64,000 nt of DNA from Felis catus (GCF_018350175.1 NC_058368.1:219544001-219608000), one strand, 5' to 3'. Counted from the first letter of the stretch, positions 1 to 11,657 are shown. A program made the numbers and translations. Notes: generated by a model not told the origin, from the sequence alone.

Positions 1-167
1 TTCCAATAAACACGTTTCTCAAGATAGAGTATTGCAGTGTAAATCAGTCCAATAGTGAAATGTCTGACAGAAGTGTTGATTGGATATTGATCTAGGGTCA
101 ATTTATGCATATTGTAACTATGCATTCATTGGTTAAAAAAAGTAATTCTTAAGAATGTTTCTTTTAT

Positions 168-389
168 GGGGGTGCCTGGGTGGCTCAGTCGGTTAAGCGG
201 CCGACTTCGGCTCAGGTCACGATCTTGCACTCTGTGAGTTCGAGCCCCGCGTCGGGCTCTGTGCTGACAGCTCAGAGCCTGGAGCCTGTTTCAGATTCTG
301 TGTCTCCCTCTCTCTCTGACCCTCCCCCGTTCATGCTCTGTCTCTCCCTGTCTCAAAAATAAATAAACGTTAAAAAAAAAAATTTTTTA
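168..389 (+). mobile_element. CanSINE (SINEC_Fc-type), young
   Basis: GGGGTGCCTGGGTGGCTCAGTCGGTTAAGCG head, (CT)n region and A tail. TSD aagaatgtttcttttat at 151-167 and 390-406. Confidence 0.97.
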
Positions 390-844
390 AAGAATGTTTC
401 TTTTATGTGCCGAGATATACATTTGTATACACAGATTTCTAACTAAAAATGTCACAACCAAATAATAAATTTCAACAGATGTCTATTCGTTACTAAAATT
501 GGCTGTGATATACAGCTTGGCTAACCTGAGTTTTTGTAGGATGATTTGCTTGAAGAGTAAAATAACCAACCACAGCCTATTTTCTTTATCTGTGTATTTA
601 CACTAACAAGGGGAAAATGATTCCTATGATACCTATTTCCTAACAGTATGTTTATTTGTGTGCACTAATAAAGCAAAGTAGGGAATCAAGTGAATGTTTT
701 TATAAGAATAATTGTCCTACCAAAGGGATAAGTTAAAACAAATAATTCACACCATGCAGTAGTCCCCACCAGCCCTCTGCCCCACTAAGCCACCCTAAGT
801 AAAATGCTTGTTAAAAAGGATAAGGTACAAAAGAAAAATCACTA

Positions 845-1070
845 GGGGCGCCTGGGTGGCGCAGTCGGTTGGGCGTCCAACTTCAGCCAGGTCACGATCT
901 CGCGGTCTGTGAGTTCGAGCCCCGCAACAGGCTCTGGGCTGATGGCTCGGATCCTGGAGCCTGTTTCCGATTCTGTGTCTCCCTCTCTCTCTGCCCCTCC
1001 CCCGTTCATGCTCTGTCTCTCTCTGTCCCAAAAATAAATAAAAACGTTGAAAAAAAAATTTAAAAAAAAA
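845..1070 (+). mobile_element. CanSINE (SINEC_Fc-type), young
   Basis: GGGGCGCCTGGGTGGCGCAGTCGGTT head with retained CpGs. TSD aaagaaaaatcacta on both sides (830-844 and 1071-1085). Confidence 0.97.
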
Positions 1071-3543
1071 AAAGAAAAATCACTAAAAAAGTTAAAAAAA
1101 AAAATGAAATCAGGACACTGAATTAGATAGGACCAGGCACATGAGAAAAGATCCCAGATCTTAAAACACGTTAATATAAAATAGTCCCATAACTAATGTG
1201 ATATATTACATTTCATATTAGCAGGTCACAGCAGTGTAAAACGAAGGCTTCCCCATATTGAACCCAGATTCTAACATTGTGTACATATTTGTAATTGTGT
1301 ATTGAACCAAACTTCTATAAATTATAATAATTTGGATACCCTTACTTATAGTATTTGATTTTTTTTTTCCTTCTCTGTTCCTTCTCCTCTTTGGATTTCT
1401 ATGCTGATATATTCATTTCTTGACTTTGACTGTTTTGTTTGTTCAGTCTGAAAAGCATATTCTGAGAAAGGGCATGAATTTTAGTATCTCTTAAATATAT
1501 ACTAACTCCATTTGAGGACTGAATACTTTTCAATATAAAGTGTGGTCATCTAAAATTTAAAAAATGTAGTTTTCTAAATTAGTTCTCCAAATTAATTATG
1601 ATCTTTAAGATTTTCATCCGAATAAACTTTATTAGTTACTTAATTTCTTATAATTATTCTGTCATAGTGACTTTGCTTGCTAAACACATAATAGTTTGGA
1701 AGAATATTTGAAACTATGATTGTTCTGGAAAATTTGGAATCCTGATCATAGCTTATAATGAACTACTATATAAATATAATTATCTAAATTCTGTATGTAA
1801 TCTCTGTATAACCAAATGTTCTGAGATTATAAAATATACTAGCATTGTATTAACCTAGGTAAGTTACAGAAAATGCTCCAAAACACAGTAATTTTCAACG
1901 TTACTGAAAATCTTACAGATCTTCAACACTTAAATGGTCTTTGTTTTAAAATATACTTATTTTATTATTCTCAATTTAAAGAATACAGTCTTTTCCCCAA
2001 GCTTATTTTGTTTAATATTACATAAAATTATAATAGGCACAAAAAGTACTTTTATACATCGCATCTTGTTTCAAATAACTTGTATTCTGGGGTGGTTAAA
2101 CATTTTAAGCAAAATATAAGTTTTCTGTCATAATTTCTCAAAGGAGTTAAAAACAATTAAATTCAGTTCTTGCTTGAGAAAACTGATATGCATCATTAGT
2201 TACATCTTTAATCCATTCCATTAATCTTATTGTGTTTGGTGACTATACCAATTTTTAAATAATTGTTAAATTCAGCAGGGAGAATTTTGAAATATCATCA
2301 GTTGCTTGCAGAACCTGAAGTAGTTATTTGTTCTTTTGGATGGAGATACCTCCTGCAACCTCAGGCCTTCTTCTTCCTTTCTTTTTTTTTTTTTTAAACT
2401 GACTAGAAATTCATCTCATTTTCTTTTCCCTTGACTAATGACTAAAGGATTCAAGCAAACAACTTCGTTGAATATGTAAATTAAGCTATGAAATGTTAAT
2501 GGTGTGTTATCTTTATTTTTATGTGGAGAGGATCACAATTGAACTTAAGCATGAAATTATATGGAAATATATTGAACCCTTTTTTTTCAGCCAGCAATCA
2601 GTTCTATTTTGCTAAAAACAGAAGAGATACAAATAAATGAGAACACGGTGCGATATAAGGATGAGTATCTAGGAATATTAAAATAGAAAAAATATCAAGA
2701 CTTTCAGTTGGTAACAAAATCTAATTATAAGTAATGCCAAAAAAAAAAAAAAAAAAGAAAATTTCTACCTGTTCAGGAAGTTTTCAGGGCTAGAGAGCAT
2801 CTACACTGAGGTGCAGAAAGTAATTGCAAAATAAAAAAGTGACAGATTTTTAATAACCCCACTTTTATCTGTATTCACAGTTGTAGGATATAGTACTAAC
2901 GACAGAAAGCCATCTACTCCCCTCATCACATCACCACCACACTTACACACTAAAAGTTTTCATAGAATTTAGGCACAGGAAATGAGGTGGTTTAAGCAAA
3001 CTTGAAAAGAATACCTTAAAATAGTTTATGGTTACAATTTTTATAAAAACACATGAAAAACTTTTCAGATTAAAATTTATTAACTTGGCTTTAAATCATT
3101 TCATATATGAGAGTATATGTAAAAATATTTTTATGAACAACTCTAGAACAGAAGTGAATGTGTAATCATCATCAGTGTGTAACACAAGAATAAATTCTGC
3201 TCAGCTAGTTTCCACTATATATGCTGCCATATAAACTATCATACATTGTTCACTATTATAGACCAGTGGGCTGCTTTTTAATAAAGGTGTATTAACTATT
3301 TTATTAAATTTTATTAATATTTTACATCTATTCTTTGTAATTTTCTAGTCATTAAGTTAAAAAAATCATCCACGAAATTATTATTTAATGGCTAGTTTGA
3401 TCAAAAATTTTGTTTAATCATTAGAAGTAAAAGAAACTTTAATAGATTTTTCAGTAAGGATGGAGCCTGACTTAGTGATTTTATTTAAACCTTATGCAGA
3501 AGGCTTGTTGAGCTAATCCCGGAAAATAATTACATTTTATAGA

Positions 3544-4092
3544 CTTTATTTATTTTAAGTTTTTATTTTAATTCAACTTAGTTAACTTACAGTGTTATGT
3601 TAGTTTCAGGCATACAATGTAAGAATTCATACTTCATACATCATCCTAGGCTCATCACAGCAAGTGCACTCCTTAATCCCCGTGACCTATTTCACAAATC
3701 CCCCCACCTACCACCAGTTTGTTGTCTATAGTTAAGAATCTGTTTGTGGTTTGCCTGTGTCGCACTACTAGGTATTTACCCAAAGAATGCAAAAGTATTA
3801 AATCAAAGGAATACAAGTACCCCAATGTTTATAGCAGCAATATCTACAACAACCAAACTGTAGGAACAGCCCAATTGTCCATTGAGTGATGATGAACGGA
3901 TGAAGAAAAAGTGGTATTTATACAATGGACTATTACTCAGCAATAAAAGGAAATAAAATTTTGCCATTTACAGCAACATGGATGGAGCTAAATAGTATTA
4001 TGCTAAGCAAAATAAGTCAGAGAAAGACAAATACCATATGATTTCACTCGTATGTGGAATTTAAGAAACAAAACAAACAAGCAAAGAGGAAG
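3544..4092. mobile_element. Carnivore L1 3' fragment with 5' inversion
   Basis: About 3544-3760 is antisense L1 3'UTR end with poly(A). About 3762-4090 is the sense ORF2 end/3'UTR (ccaatgtttatagcagca...gagaaagacaaataccatatgatttcactc). Flanked by attttataga at 3534-3543 and 4093-4102. Confidence 0.85.
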
Positions 4093-4321
4093 ATTTTATA
4101 GATTTTTAAATGTGCTAGAAATCTGAACATTCTATACAGCAAAAAAATTAAAGTTAACACAACCTTGACAACCTGTTATATTTTATTATATTATATATTG
4201 TATTATATTAATATTTAATGAATGCATTGTTTTATTTAATAATGTAACTTAAACCACACTTATTTGTAGAGCATTTAGAGCAAATACTTTCAGTTTGATC
4301 CAATACAATTGCACTGTTTCA

Positions 4322-4570
4322 AAAAAAATAATGTTTACTTATTTTTGAGAGAGAGAAAGAGAGAGAGAGAGAGAGTACAAATGGGACAGAGAGGGAGGGA
4401 GACACAGAATCCTAAGCAGGCTCCAGGCTCCAAGCTGTCAGCACAGAGCCTGATGCAGGGCTCGAACCCACAAACTGTGAGATCATGACCTGAGCCAAAC
4501 CCACAAACATTGAGATCATGACCTGAGCCAAAATCAGGCGCTTAATCGACTGAGCCATCCAGGTGTCCCC
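4322..4570 (-). mobile_element. CanSINE with internal 33-bp tandem duplication
   Basis: Antisense SINE: (GA)n, gagacacagaatcc...gactgagccatccaggtgtcccc. Confidence 0.93.
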
Positions 4571-5133
4571 TCCTTTTTACAGGTAGTTTTCCTTCAACTT
4601 GGCAATCTACTCACTCTTGGTTATTTCCTTTCCCACCTGAAAAAGAAGAAAATGAAATGATATGCCCACATCACAAACAGAGAGAATAGAAGAGATTTCA
4701 ACTGAAAAAAATTATGAAGATTTTATGGGCCACTAAAAGTGGAAAGGTCACATTGATAGCTACACCAATCACCAGAACAAAACATGCAATAAGAGTGGTA
4801 GAGAAGAAAGCTGAGATGGAAGTGTTACTTTCAACCTTAGTTTGGACTCAGTGATTATTTAAATTGCTCCTCAGCAGTTAGATGCATGGATTGGCTTTTC
4901 CTTCCTACTGCCCCACTTCCCACCTCTACTAACAGCATGAGCAAAACATTCAATCAGATATCTTCCTAGCAGTGATTATGGCTCTCAAATTGGGTATTAC
5001 TAACTACTAATAACTAATATTTGTGCCTGGTAGTGGAGGTGGGAGCTTCACTTCATGTTTCCCATCTGCACAGTTTATTTTGAAGTTTTCAATCCCGATA
5101 GACATATTCTATCCTTGTTGGAAGACAACTTTT

Positions 5134-5342
5134 TTTTTTCAACGTTTATTTATTTTTGGGACAGAGAGAGACAGAGCATGAACGGGGGAGGGGCAGAGAG
5201 AGAGGGAGACACAGAATCGGAAACAGGCTCCAGGCTCTGAGCCATCAGCCCAGAGCCTGACGCGGGGCTCGAACTCATGGACCACGAGATCGTGACCTGG
5301 CTGAAGTCAGACGCTTAACCGACTGTGCCACCCAGGCGCCCC
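5134..5342 (-). mobile_element. CanSINE (SINEC_Fc-type), young
   Basis: Ends cccaggcgcccc. Perfect 14-bp TSD ggaagacaactttt at 5120-5133 and 5343-5356. Confidence 0.97.
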
Positions 5343-6239
5343 GGAAGACAACTTTTCATACATCTCTTACATTTCTTCACTTCTAGATATTAACAGCCAA
5401 TTTGCTTAGATTAATTTACATTACAGAACAGTACAAATAGAAAATAGCTCCCTCCCCAGTGGTATTTCAGAATAGTAGATAAAAAACTCTCTCTCTCTTT
5501 CTCTGTCTCCCCAGTAAGGATTTGCTTAGTCCAGGGAAATAAGTATAATACTAGAGATTCCTTTGGGATTTCCTGGGTTCAGTGTCTTTCAGCTAGCATA
5601 GACCCACTGTATGATTCTGCATCATCCCCTTAGGACTTGAGGAGTAAGGGAAACCAGTACAAACATTAAGTTTAGGCAGCCTGCTTGGCTTAGGGTAATA
5701 CGGTGTCTAAATCTGTTGGGCTTGGTTGTCTTTAGCAGCCAAATCTACAGAAGCATGGCAAGCCAACCTACCAGCTGCTACCAAGCCCTGCTTAGGAACT
5801 ACTTGGCTGCTTGATGATACTGTTTGGGCTGTGTGTTGTCCTCATGCTCATTTAACGGTCAGGCTTTTAAGGAAGGAGAAAAGTCATTTAAGCCTCTAAT
5901 GAACCTTTTACACAAATGTAAAAGAATAACAAACTGTCACTAACACTTTAGGAAATCCTGTAGCACACACAAAAAAAGACCCTCATTTAATAAATAGAGC
6001 ATCAATCTCTGAGGAAACAAGAAATGTAAAGAACTTTAGAATAATTAAATTGTATTTTCTAAGAGAATGGAAAAATGTAGGAAATTTTTATAAAAAGGAT
6101 CATTTGAAACAATTTTATTTCAAATAATAAAGCAAATTTTAAAAGGGGTGATATGGATAAAGCAGTCAAGAATAAATCCAGAAGGTCTAATAAGCTATTG
6201 TAAATCTAGAAAAAGAGGAAGAGGTAAAGGAGAGAGAGG

Positions 6240-6244
<5 letters not shown>

Positions 6245-6282
<38 letters not shown>
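6245..6282. repeat. (CA)n microsatellite
   Basis: Pure CA run. Confidence 0.95.
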
Positions 6283-6285
<3 letters not shown>

Positions 6286-6839
6286 TGAAAACAAAGATCA
6301 GAAAACGCAGACATAATAAAATATTAAACAACATATTTATCACCCAAAGCTGATGTCAGACACCAATGATTAAATCGAAGGGACTCCTTAAAGAAGTAAA
6401 ATGAAGTTATTTAATTTCTAGAACTATTATCACAAGATTTCAAAACCAAAAGGACAAGATCTTTTGATTAAGTATACCCAGAATATCTTTTTATTTTTTT
6501 ACTACCATTAAATAAAAATCACATTCTGACTACACTTTTCAACAGAAAAATTGGATGGTAGAGTAACATGGCACAATTTATAAAATTTTCTGAGGAAAAA
6601 ATTTTGCGGGCCATGACATATATCTAGTTAAACTACCCATCAAAATATTGAATAAAGCTGTTATTATAAGCCATAGCAGAAAAAAAAATAGAAAAAACAA
6701 TTTGAAGGAATTAGAGAATATGTACAGAAAAACCAATAAAACAACTTCTACAGCTATGTAATATTACCATACATTAATATACAATGCAATGTTCATACAT
6801 AGAAGTGCATATATGTTACACTCAAAAAATGAAAGAGTA

Positions 6840-7290
6840 CTCTCTGGTTAGCCATTGCTGCCTAGTACCACAAAATGTAATGACTTGTCACAACAACAAT
6901 GATCTTATTTGCCATAGTTCCTGTCTCTGTCTGTCGGTCTATCTGTCTCTTTCTCTCTGTCTCTGCACTTCTCCCTGTGGTCTCTCCAAGCATAGTTGGG
7001 ATTCCTTAAAGCCCGATAGCTTCACAACAGCTAGATTGCTTACACAGTGGCTCAGGGCTGTAGTCCAAGTGTTACACAGAAGGCTGTAACTTTTTCACTT
7101 TTTTCCCCACTTTTTCTGACACAGCCGAGAAAATTATGCAGCCTCACCTTAGCTACATTCTGTTCGTTACAAGGGAAAAGGAATTAGGTTACATCTCTTG
7201 ATAGGGATTCCAAAGAGGCGTATGGAGCCATTCTTCTTGAATATCAGAAGGGGATAGGGTAGAAATAATGTTGCAGTCATATGTAGGAAT
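6840..7290 (-). mobile_element. MLT1-type (ERVL-MaLR) LTR relic
   Basis: ggttagccattgctgcc...accacaaaatgtaatgactt...tctccctgtggtctctccaagcatagttggg resembles an antisense MLT1 LTR. Confidence 0.55.
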
Positions 7291-9097
7291 ATTATGTGCT
7301 ACATGTATATGATTTTAAGAAGTGAATTCAAATAGAAAAAAGAGTTGTCTTTGGAATATAAAGATATGATATCAAATATAAAAATCTCAACAGATAACAT
7401 GGAAAATAATATTAGGAACATAACCTAGAAAGTAAAGCAATAAGCCTAGAGATGGAAAATCAGAGCTAAGTGACAATAAAATTAAAATGAAAAACAGTGC
7501 AGACCAATATCTGAATAGTAAGAGTTCCAGAACAGGGAAAATGGTGGAGAGGGGATATCAATGAAAATTTTATTAGAATGTCCCAGAACAGAGATAGCAG
7601 AATGAAAGCACTTGGTTACGATCCTGAAATTTTGAAAGAAATGTACAAACACCAATGAACAATACCATTCATTTTCAGAAATCTAGACAAACAGAAGATT
7701 TTTTAAGTTTCCAGAGAAAAATAAATCCCTGGATCTTATACAAAGATCAGACATCAGAAACACTTCATATTTCTGAACAGCAATACTACTAATAAGAAGA
7801 TGATGGAGTAGTGTAGTTCAGATTCTCAGGAAAAATAATATCCAGCTTTGACTTCTTTGCCCAATGAGAAAATACATGTACATCCAGTATTTTGGATGTC
7901 ACCTCAAAATTGAAGAGTAACAACAACAACAACAAGAAAGAAAGAAACATACTGGATTTGGAGAGGCAAAGGATTCTCGTGAAGAAAGATCAGAGGATAG
8001 CAGCTATAAAGTCTGAATCTCAACGAGTTCCTTTTGGAAAATGGTAGGGGCTCCGGGAGTTCGTCTTCTGAAAGATGGAAATTGTTTTAGCCTCAGCAGC
8101 TTGGGAGGAAATTGACACAGTTGTGGAAGTTTGTGGTTGAAAAAGGAAGAGAGAGAGAGAGAGAGAGGGAGAAAACTAAGGATTTAGGCAAATACTATTT
8201 GTGAGGAAAAGAGAAACTACCAATGGTAACAAAGATAATATGTTCAAAACTAAAAATAATCATTGTGGGCTGGAGAAATAGACCTCAAATCAACTCTGTT
8301 TTAAGAGTTCACCTTAATTATATGAACAAAGAAAGTTTGAAACTAATGCATGTACAAATACTAACAAAAGTAAAGAATGATTTGCAATATGATAACAGAA
8401 AAAAAGGCTAAAATATAGTGAGATGATTCTATCAGTTTATAGAAAAACTCACAAGAAAATTATGAAGTAGGGTTCAGTGGAAAACTTACATTGATTATAA
8501 TTGATTGATGTTGATCTGCATGTATAATGAATTTTCTTCATATTACTGTAATTCAAAATATCATTTTTGCACACTAGAAGCAACTATACTAATTAAAAAA
8601 GTATGTAAAATGATCCTACTTGATAGCACAGTCTCTAGAAACCTAAAACAAAATCTAATGAATTCAGATGGTAAAATTGAGCTAAATATCAAAACCAAAT
8701 GCAAAATTATCTTGAAGGGGATTAATATGTCCTTAATGTATGGAAATAAAAACAATATTTGAGAATAGGAAGTGGTCTTACGTTTAAGATTATACTCTCT
8801 CCAATTTAACCTATAAATTGCAATCCCAATAAAATACTTAGCAAGGTTCTTTTGTTCTTTGTTTTGTATTTTTACTAGAAGCAACATGCTAATGCAAAAA
8901 ATACATATGGTGAAGACCAATAATTGAAAGATAATTTTTTAATATGGTTAATAAAGGGTACTTATTTAAACACCTATCAATCATGAAGCTCCAGAAATTG
9001 AATGTGTTTTAGTATTTATACTATAATGGTGCCAATAGTCAAATGAAACAAAATAGAAGGTCCTAAAAACACTTGTGATTATGTAGAAAAGGAAACG

Positions 9098-9827
9098 TTT
9101 TCAGAGAAGCATCAGCTTTATTGGTCTTTTGTGCTTAGAAAAGTGGGGGCTTGGACACCTGAGGAGGGTTCTGTGGTCTCTTCCCCAGTCACTGCTGGTG
9201 GAGGGCTTATGCGGGGTCCCAAACCAAGCCAGCCAGCTCTCTCGCGATTTTCAAGAGCAGGTGTGAGACCTCCACTAGCAACGATGGCGGGGGTTCTGAG
9301 AGTCCATCGTCCCAGGTCCGGAAACAGCAGAGACCACGGATCGCCCAGGGTGGACTGCAAGAGAGGCCTGGCTAGGTGCTGCTTTGGCAGAGGGAGGGGC
9401 GTCTTGTCCGGCCTCTGGAACTGTTCTGAGATTGAGGCTGGGCCTGGCCCCTCATCAGTCCATCACTGGGCCTGCCCCTTGTCCGTAGGTGGGCAAGATC
9501 CTTGTCCCGGGCTCCCCAGCTCCGCCTTGTGGGCCTCGCCGCCCCACGGTCCAGGAGAATGCAGCAGCCAAGGACTCGAGTGAGCCCCGCACTGGCCAGC
9601 GTGGCCTGACTGCGTCCAGCTGGGCATTTGGGGAGGGTTACTGAGGTTGTACTTCACCGGGAAGGTAAGCAGCACCCCCATGCAGTTGTGCAGCATGAGG
9701 AGCTGGAGATGAGGACCACCAGGGGCCAAAAAGGCAAAGCCAAGGTCTTCAGTTGGAAGGCGTTGGCCCTTAGCATCTTGATATCCAGCATGTCCTGGGC
9801 GCTGCTCTGCTTATTGGAGCAAAGGTC
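9098..9827 (-). pseudogene. Processed ninjurin-1-like (NINJ1) pseudogene, 5'-truncated and frameshifted
   Basis: Minus strand 9827-9614 reads DLCSNKQSSAQDMLDIKMLRANAFQLKT / GFAFL / PLVVLISSS / MLHNCMGVLLTFPVKYNLSNP / QLD across frameshifts. Recalled NINJ1 reads NHYASKKSAAESMLDIALLMANASQLKA...SFAFYVPLVVLISISLVLQIGVGVLLIFLVKYDLNNP...KLD. Intronless, followed by GC-rich UTR-like sequence, with AATAAA on the minus strand (tttatt 9117-9122). Confidence 0.88.
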
Positions 9828-9959
9828 AAAAATAAATAAAAAAAAAATGCCTGTGGTTACATAGAATAACTTTAGGTGACAGCGTTGGAATTAAAATCAA
9901 CGGTTTAACCATATCTATTGTAAATCCTTAAGAAAAGAACAAAAGATCTGTTGCTAATA

Positions 9960-9960
<1 letters not shown>

Positions 9961-9997
<37 letters not shown>

Positions 9998-10002
9998 ACA
10001 CA
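9961..10002. repeat. (CA)n microsatellite
   Basis: CA run with one interruption. Confidence 0.95.
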
Positions 10003-10419
10003 GCATTCAAATGATAACAGTGAGCTAACTGTCCAAAGAAAAGCTTTAAAAATATTAAAAGTGAAGAGACTATACGAGGCCATATATAGGACTTTGATTT
10101 AGGAAAATATTTTTTGAGTAAAAGATAAAAAGAAATTACCATAGAAGGGACGACTGATAAATTTGACATTACAATTAAACATTTTCTGGGACAAAAGAAA
10201 CTATTATCAATGTTAAAAGAAACAGACATGAAGAAGACATTTGTGATGGCATAAGAACAAATTACTAATATTCAGATATATACAGAATTTCTTGCAAATT
10301 AAGAAGAATATGACAAACAGTGGGAGAAACATGCAGGACAAAAGATAAGGATACACAAGAGATAAACTGAAAGGCCTATAAAACTTAAGTGAGGAGGTGT
10401 ATCTCATTCAAAGTGACAG

Positions 10420-10970
10420 CAAGTGCCGAAGACTGAGGTAGAAATATTTTCAACATGTTCAAGAAATAGGGAGGTCAGTATGAGTTCAAGTGGTTAAAGG
10501 GAGAATGGAAAGAGATGAGATCAACGTTGACAGGCAAGGGCTACATCACTGGGAATGTTGTAAATTAGGGTGAGTTGGTGTTGTAAATGGGACGGGAAGC
10601 CATTGCTCAATTTTGAGCCCAGTAGTGGTGATGTGCCAATTGGCATTTTTAAATAATCACTGGCTAGTGTGTGGAGAGTGAGAACCACAAAATGATGGAA
10701 ATAGAGGTGGGACACTGTGTGGAAGACTCACCACAGATGATGCTGATTTTTGTTGGGATGGCAGCAGTGGAGGCAGCGAGAAGCAATTGGAAATATATTT
10801 TGAAGTCAGAAAGGATTTGCTTATGGAATAAACGGGTAGAGTTAGAAGGAAAATCAATGACCCTCTAGGTTTTTAGTCTGAAAAACTGGCTTGATTATTA
10901 TGAAGTTTACTAAACTGAGAGGAGTTGCTTTGTGGGGAGGGTGGAAATGAAGCATTCTGTTTAGGACGAG
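10420..10970. mobile_element. L2 relic
   Basis: gggaagccattg..., ggaaatatattttgaagtcagaaaggatttgcttatgga and aatcaatgaccctctaggtttttagtctga are typical of L2 sequence. Confidence 0.6.
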
Positions 10971-11437
10971 CACTATTACTCAAATTGTAAATATATAATA
11001 CATGGAAGAAAAAGGTTCTTCAGAGTGCTGACATGGGTAAGGATGTAAGGAAAGGAGTGAAGGGACAGAGAAGGCTTCACTTGTATGAATTATGTTTTAT
11101 TTTCATGATTGTTTTGCTTAAAGCGAAAAGGATCTGACATCAATTTGGCAAAATATTGATGTTGATGGAATCCTGGTACTCAGTTGTTTGGTTTATTATT
11201 CTCTATGTTTTTCTTCATATCCCATTATGGTGGCATCCATTTTGGGAGGGGGGATTATAGGCAGATTTATAATCCTGGAGTTGATGGTGCATGAAGGGGT
11301 CAAGATGCTAGGTGGGAAGACAGCGAAGATAAATTATGCTAACTTTGTATTGACGTATGATAATCATGCAGAAAAAATGTGCATATCAGAACTTCACACT
11401 TCAGTGTATTGCACAAACCAGTTTAAATTTAGAATAC

Positions 11438-11657
11438 TTTATTTTTTTATTTTTTCCATATTTATTTATTTTTGAGAGAAAGAGAGAGTGTGAGTGGGGG
11501 AGGAGCAAAGAGAGAGAGACACAAACAGAATCTGAAGCAGGCTCCAGGCTCTGAGCTGGTAGCACAGAGCCCGATGTGGGGCCAGAACCCATGAACTGTG
11601 AGATCATGACCTGAGCCAAAGTTGGATGCTTAACTGATTGAGCCACCCAGGTGCCCC
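11438..11657 (-). mobile_element. CanSINE
   Basis: Antisense SINE ending gagccacccaggtgcccc. TSD taaatttagaatac on both sides. Confidence 0.95.

Larger units (their letters stand above)
5930..10400 (+). mobile_element. Ancient, heavily degraded L1M/HAL1-like remnants, interrupted by a MaLR LTR, microsatellites and the NINJ1-like retrocopy
   Basis: A-rich strand bias. ORF1-like relics at about 6350-6700 and 7350-7870. ORF2 3'-like relics at 8700-9090 (tataaattgcaatcccaataaaatac) and 10000-10400. Boundaries approximate. Confidence 0.55.

Noticed and set aside
180..362. Recurrent 'MAQSVKRPTSAQV...' ORFs (also 11401-11646, 51968-52150, 56428-56610, 57983-58180)
   Set aside because: These are translations of CanSINE consensus sequence, not a gene family.
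9131..9583. 150-aa + strand ORF, the longest in the track
   Set aside because: It starts at a non-ATG codon, is antisense to the GC-rich retrocopy and has no recognisable domain. Its length is explained by the scarcity of stop codons at high GC.
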